DNA of 64,000 nt from positions 124,001 through 188,000 of the forward strand of contig NIVC01001856.1 of the NCBI GenBank assembly GCA_002269645.1, read 5' to 3'. A model generated the notes under the pieces. The model made no database searches. It was not told the origin of the DNA and saw only the letters and a list, made by a program, of their open reading frames with translations. The position numbers and the translations under genes are program-made. Shown here one piece after another: positions 27,921 to 39,723 of this stretch; the first letter of the stretch is position 1, and every line of letters begins with the position of its first letter. This DNA comes from Macrostomum lignano. Taxonomy: Eukaryota.

Positions 27921-28672
27921 CGAGAAAACAAAAAATCAAATCTGTTGAACCGCAAACAAATGCATATAATAACAATATAATATTAAATTGACAGGTGCGA
28001 CTACTCTAACTCGGTTATAATTACGATAATTAATTCTGCGCGCAAATCAAATCTGATCTTTTTCTTACTTAAGCTATTTCTCGGATGGAATTCGGCCGAG
28101 AGACGAACAACAGTCGGATTAAAACGATCGGTAAAACATAACGATACGACTGACACGGTACAGAGGATAGGGGATGGGGGTGCAGATAGTGAAGAAGCTG
28201 AACGAGCTGAGCCAGCATACAAGCTCCACTAACTCCATCCATAGTTGCTGGGGGGACGCCTGCAGATGAATATTACGTAGGCTCTCTCTCTCTCTTCCTC
28301 TCCGGTGTACAAAGCGCGCGCAAGCAGGCACACAACACAGCTACATAAGCACAATATGCACACATAGAATTGAATTAATACATAAAAATTACATCATACG
28401 ATCGTAGAGTTAGCACATCACTGTATACACCAAAGTGCAAACAAACTATAGGAAATCTTCTGTTTAGAGAAACAAAATAGAGAATATTAATGAAATTTCA
28501 ACAAAAATTAATATGACGGCGGAGGTGGCGAAGCTAAAACAGATCATCACAACAATTACATATCGAATAATAATTGGGGATGGTGCGGTCCTAATGCTTT
28601 TGCCTGCGAAGATATATGGGTTGCTGTACTCGTAGTTCAGTCTGCAAATTCTATTAGACAGTCTAAATCCAC

Positions 28673-29645
28673 TTCTCAGGGGTTATTGAGATGATTCTCA
28701 GGGGTAATTGAGATGATTCTCAGGGGTGATTGAGATGATTCTCAGGGGTAATTGAGATGATTCACAGGGGTGATTGAGATGATTCTCAGGGGTGATTGAG
28801 ATGATTCTCAGGGGTGATTGAGATGATTCTCAGGGGTAATTGAGATGATTCACAGGGGTGATTGAGATGATTCTCAGGGGTAATTGAGATGATTCACAGG
28901 GGTGATTGAGATGATTCTCAGGGGTGATTGAGATGATTATTAGGGATAATTGAGATAATTCTCAGGGGTGATTGAGATGATTCTCAGGAGTGATTGAGAT
29001 GATTATTAGGGGTAATTGAGATAATTCTCAGGGGTGATTGAGATGATTCTCAGGGGTGATTGAGATAATTCTCAGGGGTGATTGAGATGATTATTAGGGG
29101 TGATTGAGATGATTATCAGGGGTGATTGAGATGATTCTCAGGGGTGATTGAGATGATTATCAGGGGTGATTGAGATGATTCTCAGGAGTGATTGAGATGA
29201 TTATTAAGGGTGATTGAGATGATTCTCAGGGGTGATTGAGATGATTCTCAGGGGTAATTGAGATAATTCTCAGGGGTGATTGAGATGATTCTCAGGTGTG
29301 ATTGAGATGATTCTCAGGGGTAATTGAGATAATTCTCAGGGGTGATTGAGATGATTCTCAGGAGTGATTGAAATGATTCTCAGGTGTGATTGAGATGATT
29401 CTCAGGAGTGATTGAGATGATTCTCGGGGATAATTGAGATAATTCTAAGGGGTGATTGAGATGATTCTCAGGGGTAATTGAGATAATTCTCAGGGGTGAT
29501 TGAGATGATTCTCAGGAGTGATTGAAATGATTCTCAGGTGTGATTGAGATGATTCTCGGGAGTGATTGAGATGATTCTCAGGGATAATTGAGATAATTCT
29601 AAGGGGTGATTGAGATGATTCTCAGGAGTGATTGAGATGATTCTG
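28673..29645. repeat. 22-bp minisatellite (GATTGAGATGATTCTCAGGGGT)n
   Basis: Tandem array with point variants. Confidence 0.97.
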
Positions 29646-30341
29646 CCGACTGGCTAGGGAGGTTCTCAGGAGTGGTTCAGGAGATTCCCGAGGTGTCATG
29701 GCGTCAACCATAAATAACCAAACTGCCAGGCCTCATAAAAATTGTTAATCTCCCTTGAAATCGCAAAACAAATGTGAAGAAGCGCACGTTCCACAGCAGA
29801 AAAGTTAGAAGGCTGGATCAAGCAAATACGTAGAGGTGAACTAAGAGTTGCAGTGCTAGGGCCAGTGAGGGGCAGGAAAACAACCGCAAAAGGATCATAA
29901 ATGAAAATACAGGAGAGCCAATATATGCCGGAGAAATTGAGGACAGCCACTTACCAAAATAAGCACAACGGCAAGTAATAAAACAAAGCTTGAAAATGTA
30001 CGGACAAAGACTTTGTGGTGCGAATTTGCGTTGCATCAAAAATGAAAAACCAGATTAACTTTAATTTGCTTTAATTTTCTTGAAAGATAAGCATCGTTGA
30101 ACTTAGATCCGAGTCTGCTGCGGGTGCACGACGCTTAAAAGCATACGACTTACGAGCATATAGAAGAAACGGATGCACTGTGAACGGGCCGACTAAATTA
30201 AATAGAAAACAAACAATAGGTCTCTTGATTCGTTTTCAAATTTCCTGGCTAAGCTAAAAATCACCTTGCATACACAGCACAGGATGACGGTCAAGGGCAG
30301 AGAATATAATATACAACAGCTATAACCATCGGGGAGAAGGG

Positions 30342-31156
30342 GAGCTTGTGTGCAGGGGGCTTGTGTGCAGGGGGCTTGTGTGCAGGGGGCTTGTGTGCAG
30401 GGGGCTTGTGTGAAGGGAGCTTGTGTGCAGGGGGCTTGTGTGCAGGGGGCTTGTGTGAAGGGGGCTTGTGTGAAGGGAGCTTGTGTGCAGGGAGCTTGTA
30501 TGCAGGGAGCTTGTTTGCAGGGGGCTTGTGTGCAGGGGGCTTGTGTGCAGGGAGCTTGTTTGCAGGGGGCTTGTGTGCAGGGGGCTTGTGTGCAGGGAGC
30601 TTGTGTGCAGGGGGCTTGTGTGCAGGGGGCTTGTGTGCAGGGGGCTTGTGTGCAGGGGGCTTGTGTGCAGGGGGCTTGTGTGCAGGGAGCTTGTGTGCAG
30701 GGGGCTTGTGTGCAGGGGGCTTGTGTGAAGGGGGCTTGTGTGAAGGGAGCTTGTGTGCAGGGGGCTTGTGTGAAGGGGGCTTGTGTGAAGGGGGCTTGTG
30801 TGCAGGGGCTTGTGTGCAGGGGGCTTGTGTGCAGGGGGCTTGTGTGAAGGGGGCTTGTGTGAAGGGAGCTTGTGTGCAGGGAGCTTGTATGCAGGGAGCT
30901 TGTATGCAGGGAGCTTGTGTGCAGGGAGCTTGTATGCAGGGAGCTTGTGTGCAGGGAGCTTGTATGCAGGGAGCTTGTATGCAGGGAGCTTGTGTGCAGG
31001 GAGCTTGTGTGCAGGGAGCTTGTGTGCAGGGAGCTTGTGTGCAGGGAGCTTGTGTGCAGGGAGCTTGTATGCAGGGAGCTTGTGTGCAGGGAGCTTGTAT
31101 GCAGGGAGCTTGTGTGCAGGGAGCTTGTGTGCAGGGAGCTTGTGTGCAGGGAGCTT
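30342..31156. repeat. 15-bp minisatellite (GCTTGTGTGCAGGGG/GGGA)n
   Basis: Tandem array 3' of the Akt stop; source of the CAGGL/TQAP ORFs. Confidence 0.97.
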
Positions 31157-31281
31157 TGGTGCATAGGCTTGCTATTGTTGCAGATTCGGTCCAATCCATA
31201 TACAGTGGCGGCACACTGCGCGCCCTCTGTATTTCTGTATTAAAATAAAATATACAACTCCGTTAGTTCAGGTAGAGAGCC

Positions 31282-34200
31282 TCAGTGATCACCCATGCTA
31301 GTAGAGCTCATATAGGAGCTGAGCGAGGTGCGCGAGCCGTAGAAGCTGAACTTTTCAAAGTTCGGCCCGTCCGTTGGCCAACGAGTGCCGCTGGCGCTAA
31401 CGGGGCCGGGCGCCGCAGGCGGGGTGAGCTGCACCGGCTCGCGCAGGAACTCGTCCGGTATGTACCTGGTGTCGCAGGCGTCGCGAACTTCCGGTTTCCA
31501 CGGCGGTGGGATCTCCTTTTTAGTGAGCTTCACCCAGTCTATGCCGGCGAAGAACGGGTGCCGCATGACGTCTACGGCGTCCAGGGTGGAGCCGCCGAGC
31601 CGCCTGGAGGGCTCTTTGATGAGCAGACGGGCCAGGAAGTCCTGCGCCTGGCTGCTGAGATTGGCGGGAATTCTAACGCTGTCGTTCATGATTAGCTCGA
31701 ATAGGATCTCGTGATCGCGCGAGTAGAAGGGCAGCCGGCCGCACATCATCTCGTAGGAGACGACGCCGAGGCCCCACCAGTCCACGCTGCGGCCGTAGTC
31801 ATTCTCGTCTGCAGGAGGTTGACGCGCGGGAGTTAGTATCTCACCTGCTACTGGTGTGAGATCTAATTCGATTAGGGCTTGGGTGGGGTCTGAAGGAAGA
31901 TTCGGGTCGACCTCTCGTACTCAGTAGGTAATACTCAAGATAATTGAGATCTTATATTTATAAGACTGCCTGATCCTAGGTGAGATCTCATGGGAAGATG
32001 CAATGATCTGGGATGAGATCCCATGGAAGATGCAATGATCTGGGATGAGATCTCATGGGGAATGCAATGATCTGGGATGAGATCCCATGGAAGATGCAAT
32101 GATCTGGGATGAGATCTCATGGGAAGTTGCAATGATCTGGGATGAGATCCCATGGAAGATGCAATGATCTGGGATGAGATCTCATGGGAAGTTGCAATGA
32201 TCTGGGATGAAATCTCATGAGAGATGCAATGATCTGGGGTAAGATCCCATGGGAGAAGCAATGATCTTGGGTGAAATCCAATGGGAGATACAATAATCTG
32301 GGGTGAGATCCCATGGGAGATAAAATGATCTGGGGTGAGATCTCATGGGAGATAAAATGATCTGTGGTGAGATCTAAGAGGGAGATTTAATGATATAGAG
32401 AGACTTATAATTCACCAATCTTAAAAGCCGCATGAAAGGTCCTAAGTTTGCAAATCTAAAACAGATCGCAGAGGACAATCACCGAGAATCTCCGGAGCCA
32501 GGTACTCAGGCGTGCCGCAGAAGGTTTTAGTCATAACGCCGTACTGCATTTCCTCCTTGCATAGGCCGAAATCGGCAATGCGAATGTGGCCCATCTCGTC
32601 TAGGAGAAGATTCTCCAGCTTCAGATCTCTGTAGACAATGTTCATGTCGTGCAGGTAGCCAATAGCTGTGACAATCTCGGCTGCGTAGAAACGGGTTCGC
32701 TCCTCTGAGAATACGCGATCATGCAACAGGTGAAAGTACAGCTCGCCGCCGTTAACATACTCCATGACGAAGCAGAGCCGGTCCTCAGTTTGGAATGAAT
32801 ATTTTAGCTGGGTGAGGAACGGGTGCCGGCACGTCTGCAGGACTCGATTCTCCGTCATGGTGTGGATCACCTCGTCCTTCTGCAAGGCGGGTCCGGAGTG
32901 GAAAAGGGGTCGCGTATTGAGTACTTTAATATTAGACAGATAGGTCTCATGGGATGGAAATCATGTATATCAGTATGAGCTACAGATAGAACTCATGTAC
33001 CTCAGTATGAGCTACAGATAGAACTCATGTACCTCAGTATGAACTACAGATAAAACTCATGTGCCTCAGTATGAGCTACAGATAAAACTCATGTATCTCA
33101 GTATGAGCTACAGATAGAACTCATGTACCTCAGTATGAGCTACAGATAGAACTCATGTACCTCAGTATGAGCTACAGATAGAACTCATGTACCTCAGTAT
33201 GAGCTACAGATAAAACTCATGTACCTCAGTATGAGCTACAGATAAAACTCATGTGCCTCAGTATGAGCTACAGATAAAACTCATGTACCTCAGTATGAGC
33301 TACAGATAGAACTCATGTACCTCAGTATGAGCTACAGATAGAACTCATGTACCTCAGTATGAGCTACAGATAGAACTCATGTACCTCAGTATGAGCTACA
33401 GATAGAACTCATGTACCTCAGTATGAGCTACAGATAGAACTCATGTACCTCAGTATGAGCTACAAATAGAACTTCAGGGATACATAATGTACTTTTAACG
33501 CTTTGCAACAAGCCATTTTGCTCAGAAATTCTGCTCATTTGTTGCTCATTCAGCTTGAGAGCTTGCATTATTCTACATAAACGCGTCTCTCAAAACTGAT
33601 CCATGGAAATGATAAAAATGGCATTGCCACCAGCACAGGCCAGCAGATTCGCATTACAATGTGCGCACACAATACAATAAAACAACTCATCTTGGATGAT
33701 TGTACATTATTTGTCATCATCTATAGCGCCTGCATCCGGGTTGCTTTCAATCTCACTCACTCCCCTCCACTCTATCCTCTGCCCAAGTCACGTGTGGCGT
33801 ACAATGCGTCTCTGGACAATGCATGTCGTTTAGTAAGCTTTGTTTCAATCCATGGAATCCACCCATTAGTCTAAAAGTCTTGCTGTTTTATTTTCCAGGA
33901 AATTCAGATTCCGCAAAGTTTATCAAATGCGCTAAATTTCGCATTTAAGTTCAGAATCCCTGAAGTTCAGAATCCCTGAAGTTCAGAATCCCTGAAGTTC
34001 AGAATCCCTGAAGTTCAGAATCTCTAAAGTTCAGAATCCCTGAAGTTCAGAATCCCTGAAGTTCAGAATCTCTAAAGTTCAGAATCCCTGAAGTTCAGAA
34101 TCCCTAAATTTCAGAATCCCTGAAGTTCATAGAGCAATTGTTCTATACAATTAGATTCACTGAAAAGTACATAATAAAGACAATAAGCGGCACCAACCTC

Positions 34201-35300
34201 GATCAGCACACTTTTCTTCAGAATCTTGATGGCGAACAAATTGCTTGACGCCTTCTCCCGGCACAGCACCACCTTGCCGAAGGTGCCCATGCCCAGCACC
34301 TTCAGCATCTCGAAGTCCGACAGGCTAACCTTGTTCCTGGGTCTGCGCGAAATTCAACGGAAAGTGTAATGTAAAATTCAATGCAATTATAGAATCTCTA
34401 TAAACCTTTTGCCATAAAATTTTATCATAAAATTAATGCAACTAAAAATTCTCACAAGTTCATATCTAACAATGCCTTTATTAATAACTTGCTGACTCCC
34501 TCACAGCAAACTCCCTCACTGCAAGCTCCCTCACTGCATCTAGCTGACTCCCTCACTGCAAACTCCCTCACTGGCTATCTAGCAGCCCCAATCTACACGG
34601 GAACTCACAGTTCTGGCGGCTCCACAGCATCTGACGCGGTGCTAACAGTGGCCGGACACTCTCCAGACGACTTGTGCATATTAGTGACATTAACAATTGC
34701 GTTCACCCAGGCCTCGCGCTCGGCGTTAGTCTCAACGTAAAACATTCGATCAACAATATTGGTGCCCTGCAGGCCTCGAAGCAGAAATGTGAATGGCTTT
34801 GGCGTATCCATGAACAGAGCTTTGGAATTTTTAACAGTGAAATTGTTCAGCGGCTGTAGGTACTCTTTCTGAGTCTTTGGCTTCACTTTATAGCCAAAGA
34901 ATGTGCCATCCTGGTACAGTATGAAGTAGCGACGCCGCCAGTTTTTAATGTGCTCGCCGCGTTTCATGAGGTAGCCTTCCTTAATTAGCGACTTGGAGAT
35001 TGGAATGCGACTAGGCAGCGGCTCGTGCGGCATGCTGCAGGCCTGGCTAGGGGCTTCGTGAAACAGCTGCATGTGCTGGTTCATGTAGTTCAGGCTGGGC
35101 ACTTCGTTTGGCGGCGGCCTCTGACCGCCGAAGTACTGCGACACCAATGTCGACACCGAGTCCATTGGAGAGCAGTTCGCCTGCTCACCGCCGGGAGGAA
35201 GGTGCAGCTGCTGCTGGGCAGCTGACGGCTGCGGCGATTCGCCACAGTCAGGATTTTCAATTTCCATATCCATATCGCCGTCTTCGTTGCGCTGTTCCAT
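31282..35300 (-). CDS. AKT: RAC/Akt (PKB) Ser/Thr kinase, ~586 aa from ATG 35300; exons 35300-34609, 34342-34198, 32879-32483, 31808-31282
   Basis: PH domain [22 protein letters not shown]; LGMGTFGKV; AIKILKK; YRDLKLEN; DFGLCKE; [14 protein letters not shown] (T308 site); [14 protein letters not shown]; turn motif LTPP; hydrophobic motif FEKFSFY. All GT-AG and in frame; true start uncertain. Confidence 0.96.
31985..32390. repeat. 32/33-bp degenerate minisatellite, Akt intron 3
   Basis: GCAATGATCTGGGATGAGATC(C/T)CATGG(G)AAGAT tandem units. Confidence 0.93.
32965..33470. repeat. 32-bp minisatellite, Akt intron 2
   Basis: ATGAGCTACAGATAGAACTCATGTACCTCAGT tandem. Confidence 0.96.
33950..34125. 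repeat. 16-bp minisatellite, Akt intron 2
   Basis: AAGTTCAGAATCCCTG tandem. Confidence 0.95.
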
Positions 35301-36789
35301 GCTGGAAGTTACACGGCGCTTTAGTCGATTAGTAGAAGGGCTAAGCCCCAAGGCAGACACAGTGTGTGTACATCAGGGCCCGCTGTACATCTTGCGTGAG
35401 CATTCCTCAGGAAAAAACTCACAACGCTTAAGTATCAATTTTCATACAACCTGAAGCTGCATTACAAGTTTACCCAACTCTACTACAGCCGAAGTACTTT
35501 GCTCTGCTACAGGCATAGCTTTGATGTATTGTATTTTCTAATCTATCTAATCTATCTAATTTTAAACGCTTAAGAAAAACATTTCAAATAGTAACTCAGA
35601 GCAACTGTCACCTTAGCGCGTGCTTATAAAATATACTAATATTACCCAATATAGAAGCCTAGAAATGGTATAACTCACTGTCAGGCTTGAATATTTAATT
35701 TCGAGCAAAGACTACTCGGATTTGTTGACTGCCAGTCATCACGCCCCTTTGCCTGATAAAAAGCTTCCCCCTCAAGCCCTGACCTCTTCTTAGCTTTCTT
35801 ATCAAATCGGTGCAGCGCACCAATGCACAGCTAGTGCAAGCCTATGAAGGCATCGCACTCGCTGCAATAACAATCCTAACTTTACAAGCTAAGGACATTG
35901 TACCCTATGAAAGGCAGCGAAAAAAGGTAAACACAAACACAAAAGTTTGCTCTAGTTTTCCCGCAGACTGACTCGGCATTAGCCGCTAAAAAGGAAGTCG
36001 GACGGCGAGCTGACACAGCGATACAGTGTAGAGTTATCGAAGCCCTAGGCAGCATCCCCCCTAGCTTGCTGGCTAAAGAAGAGGAAATGAAAAGGAGGCA
36101 AGCAGCAGAGGCCAGTGACGCAAATAGAAACCTTTTTGAATGAAACCCTAACAAGGAAGCCGGGCCGGGAGCAGCGGAGTAGCAAAACGCGAGCTAGAGA
36201 GAAAAAGAAGGCAGAGCGGCGGATTCAAGTAGCACAGATTGAAGGAAGACAGATATATTAATAACGGTTTGCCTATGCAATACAGCCTACAACAGTAATA
36301 GCAATTATAAGGTAAAAACTAATGACAGGGAAGAATGTACTGATGGAGGGCCGCGGAAAATCCTAATGTTCATAATTAATGCAAAGCGTTTAGATTAATA
36401 TTTTTAAGCCCTAAGTCTCGCTCGCAGTTTAATGAATACAGAAACTGCATATGCAGATAGGGGTTTCTGAGTTCACAGCGAAGTGTAAACATAAGTGATT
36501 ACCCAAGCACTACTGACTGACTGGGTTAAAGCACGAAAACACCTAGGCTAAGAGATTGCAAACTAAGAAAGGTCCCGCACGTGACAGCTTGACTGAGCGC
36601 ATAAGCAGAAACTGCTATGCTTTGACCTTCAAAGCACATCGTTACATAATGAAGTCGTAACTGAAGCCTCAATCGATTTTCATGATTTAGCAGGCCACAG
36701 GTAACAAATAGCAGGTAAAGGCACCAAAGTAACAATATACTGACGCATTAACAAAACGGATTTTTTTCACACAAACACAACTAAAACTT

Positions 36790-37310
36790 ACTGCCTGAAT
36801 TCCGCACAAACACGAACTAAAACTGCCTCAATTCCGCACAAACACGAACTAAAACTGCCTCAATTCCGCACAAATACGAACTAAAACTGCCTCAATTCCG
36901 CACAAACACGAACTAAAACTGCCTCAATTCCGCACAAACACGAACTAAACCTGCCTCAATTCCGCACAAACACGAACTAAACCTGCCTCAATTCCGCACA
37001 AACACGAACTAAAGCTGCCTCAATTCCGCACAAACACGAACTAAAGCTGCCTCAATTCCGCACAAACACGAACTAAAACTGCCTCAATTCCGCACAAACA
37101 CGAACTAAACCTGCCTCAATTCCGCACAAACACGAACTAAACCTGCCTCAATTCCGCACAAACACGAACTAAAACTGCCTCAATTCCGCACAAACACGAA
37201 CTAAACCTGCCTCAATTCCGCACAAACACGAACTAAAACTGACTGAATTCCGCACACACACACGAACTAAACCTGCCTCAATTCCACACAAACACGAACT
37301 AAAACTGCCT
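36790..37310. repeat. 32-bp minisatellite upstream of Akt
   Basis: CACAAACACGAACTAAAACTGCCTCAATTCCG tandem. Confidence 0.96.
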
Positions 37311-39671
37311 AGATTCTGCCCAGTTCGCACACAATATCAGTCTATAAATTCTAGTAAAAAATTTTACGTCAATAAGGACATTGTCACAACTCACATACTG
37401 ACTATTGCAGGAAAGAGACGCGTCAGACAAAATTAGATGTAGCTATACTTGATGAATACACAGACAGACACGATATAATCCAAATCCAGCGGGGTGAATT
37501 CCGCGGGATTAAGCACGGGGAACACACATATATAGGCATATACGGGAGATAGAAACCGTATAAAACGGCACAAGGGAGGGGGGATTGACAGTTCTAAGCA
37601 TGGCTTTATGCAGAAATCCCAACAGCCAATGAGAATGAAAGGACACTTTGACATTAAATTCAAACTACTAGACTGGCTGATGTTTGAGCAGGCTGGGTGA
37701 GACAGAGTTCAGCCAGATGGATTTAGATGAGGAGAAAGCGAAAAAGAAAAGTAAAACTCTTCTCGTGCCCGCGCGCTGCAGCCGGGGTCAGAGAAATCCC
37801 CGAACAGCGCGGCGCCGCACTTTCTTGCCTCCTCCCCGAAAGAACAAGCTCGTTGGCCAATGAGCGATCAGGTGATTAGCTGTGATTAGCAGAATCTGAA
37901 TTCTGAGCATTCCGAGACTTGACTAGCCTCCTGTTTGCGTGCGAGTTGAGCACAACGAATGCAAAACCATCCGACCCTTCTCCCCAGAAGGAACAAGCTT
38001 AGCCGGCCTAAGTTGATTTACACTAGGCTCAGTGGAGATGAAGCCAGCTGAGCTCACTTCAGTAACAGAGGCTGAGCATTGTAATCAAAGCCGAAATAAT
38101 TTTGCAGATTTCAATAAGAGCAAGCTCTAATGATTCTGCAATGCAGAAACAGAAGAACCATGGCATACATGGGGGCACTCCATCGAATTGAGATAAATTT
38201 ACCTTTCATATTATTTTATATTTGATAATGGATTAAACCATACTTTAAACTTTGGCATCCTGAATTCCTACCCCAGATGCCTAATTGAAACTCTGTTTTT
38301 CCAAGCTGTGAACAGAGTCCACACACTCTGCAACTTTCATGGGTCAGAGAGGCTTAGGTAGAGAAGTGTGAAAAGTAGATATTCCAGCCATTTTCAATTG
38401 GGCATCCTGAATTAAGACCTAGGATGCCAAATAGAACTACAATTCTAATATCAAAAAACATAACAGATAAAAAACAATACTAATACTCACTACAATCTAA
38501 TTTTTCTTTGAAAGAAAGAGCAAAAAGCTCATCTAAATCATAAAAATATTGTCAACCTAATTTGATATCAAATGCCCCAAGCCTTGGCTTTAAGTTAAGA
38601 CTCCTCTGTTTGCTTTTTTTCAATAATCCAATGTGATAAGAAAACTGATGAATAAAGGGCAAAATATGAGTATATTATATATTTTTGCCTTTAACATCCC
38701 TTCTTAAATTCATTTAAATTATATTAATCAAGTATACTTTTACTTTTTATATATAACTGATAATATTCTTAGAGTAAAATCATACAGGGTATAAATTAAA
38801 TAGAAAGCCAAAAAGAGACAGAGCAGCCAGTTTCTTTATTGAGTTTAATAACTATTTACTATTTCTTCTTTAACTAATTAAATTTACTTTGAACCTTTTG
38901 GCAGTCTTTAAAATAGACTCATTTCCTTAGATTGAGAAAAGTCCAAGCATTAATAGAATTAGTAGCCATTTAGAAAAAGAAATATCCTAGCCTATTAATC
39001 TAAAGAAATTGTTTCAAGCAATACAAACCTCTTAGAACTATGACACTCTGATCTTAGGAATGCCCAAAGAGAAAGAAATCCCTTATAAGATAAACAGTGC
39101 TATACAATATAACTACTTAGGCTAGACTCATGCGCTAGGGGCCTACTCAATAGATAATCCATATGTTACCAATAAACAATGCATGCACTACCAGTAATGT
39201 ATATACATTGTGCATATTGTGATGGTGTCAAATTCTGTTTGTCCAATACTTTATGGATTATTTAAACTTAACATATAATAGATATGTGATTTTTCAATAT
39301 AATCTTAATTAATTAACCTGATCTATTCTAATCTAATCTAATCAATACTTGAGTTTGTTTTAATTGTATCTCAAAAGTGAACTATTTTGAAGCATAATTA
39401 TTGTCTCTTTTTACCCTCTACTCTGCTCTCTATGCAGGCACTAGCATTGTCTTGTGACCAATCATATGCTACAGTCTCTATTGCAAAAAACTCAATCTAT
39501 TACATGCTAGACTAAAGGCCCTTCATTATATTACACATTTAACAACTACAGAAGCCTGTCCCTTTCAACTGTAAATTGACTGTCAATTAAATAAAAATAA
39601 AAATATTCTTATATATTCTTAGCAAAAGCATACTTTATGACTATACTACTTTTCACCTTGTCACATTTTAA

Positions 39672-39723
39672 TGGAGGTCCCACCAAGACTCAAACTTGGG
39701 TTGCAGGATTCAAAGTCCTAAGT
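39672..39723 (-). pseudogene. 3' half of tRNA-Gln(UUG) with encoded CCA, hypermutated at CpG sites
   Basis: Minus strand ACTTAGGACTTTGAATCCTGCAACCCAAGTTTGAGTCTTGGTGGGACCT-CCA: anticodon arm AGGA-CTTTGAA-TCCT, T arm, acceptor 3' strand; T-loop TTC changed to TTT; 5' half absent. Confidence 0.8.

Noticed and set aside
30193-31248. CAGGL/TQAP repeat ORFs
   Set aside because: Products of the 15-bp minisatellite.
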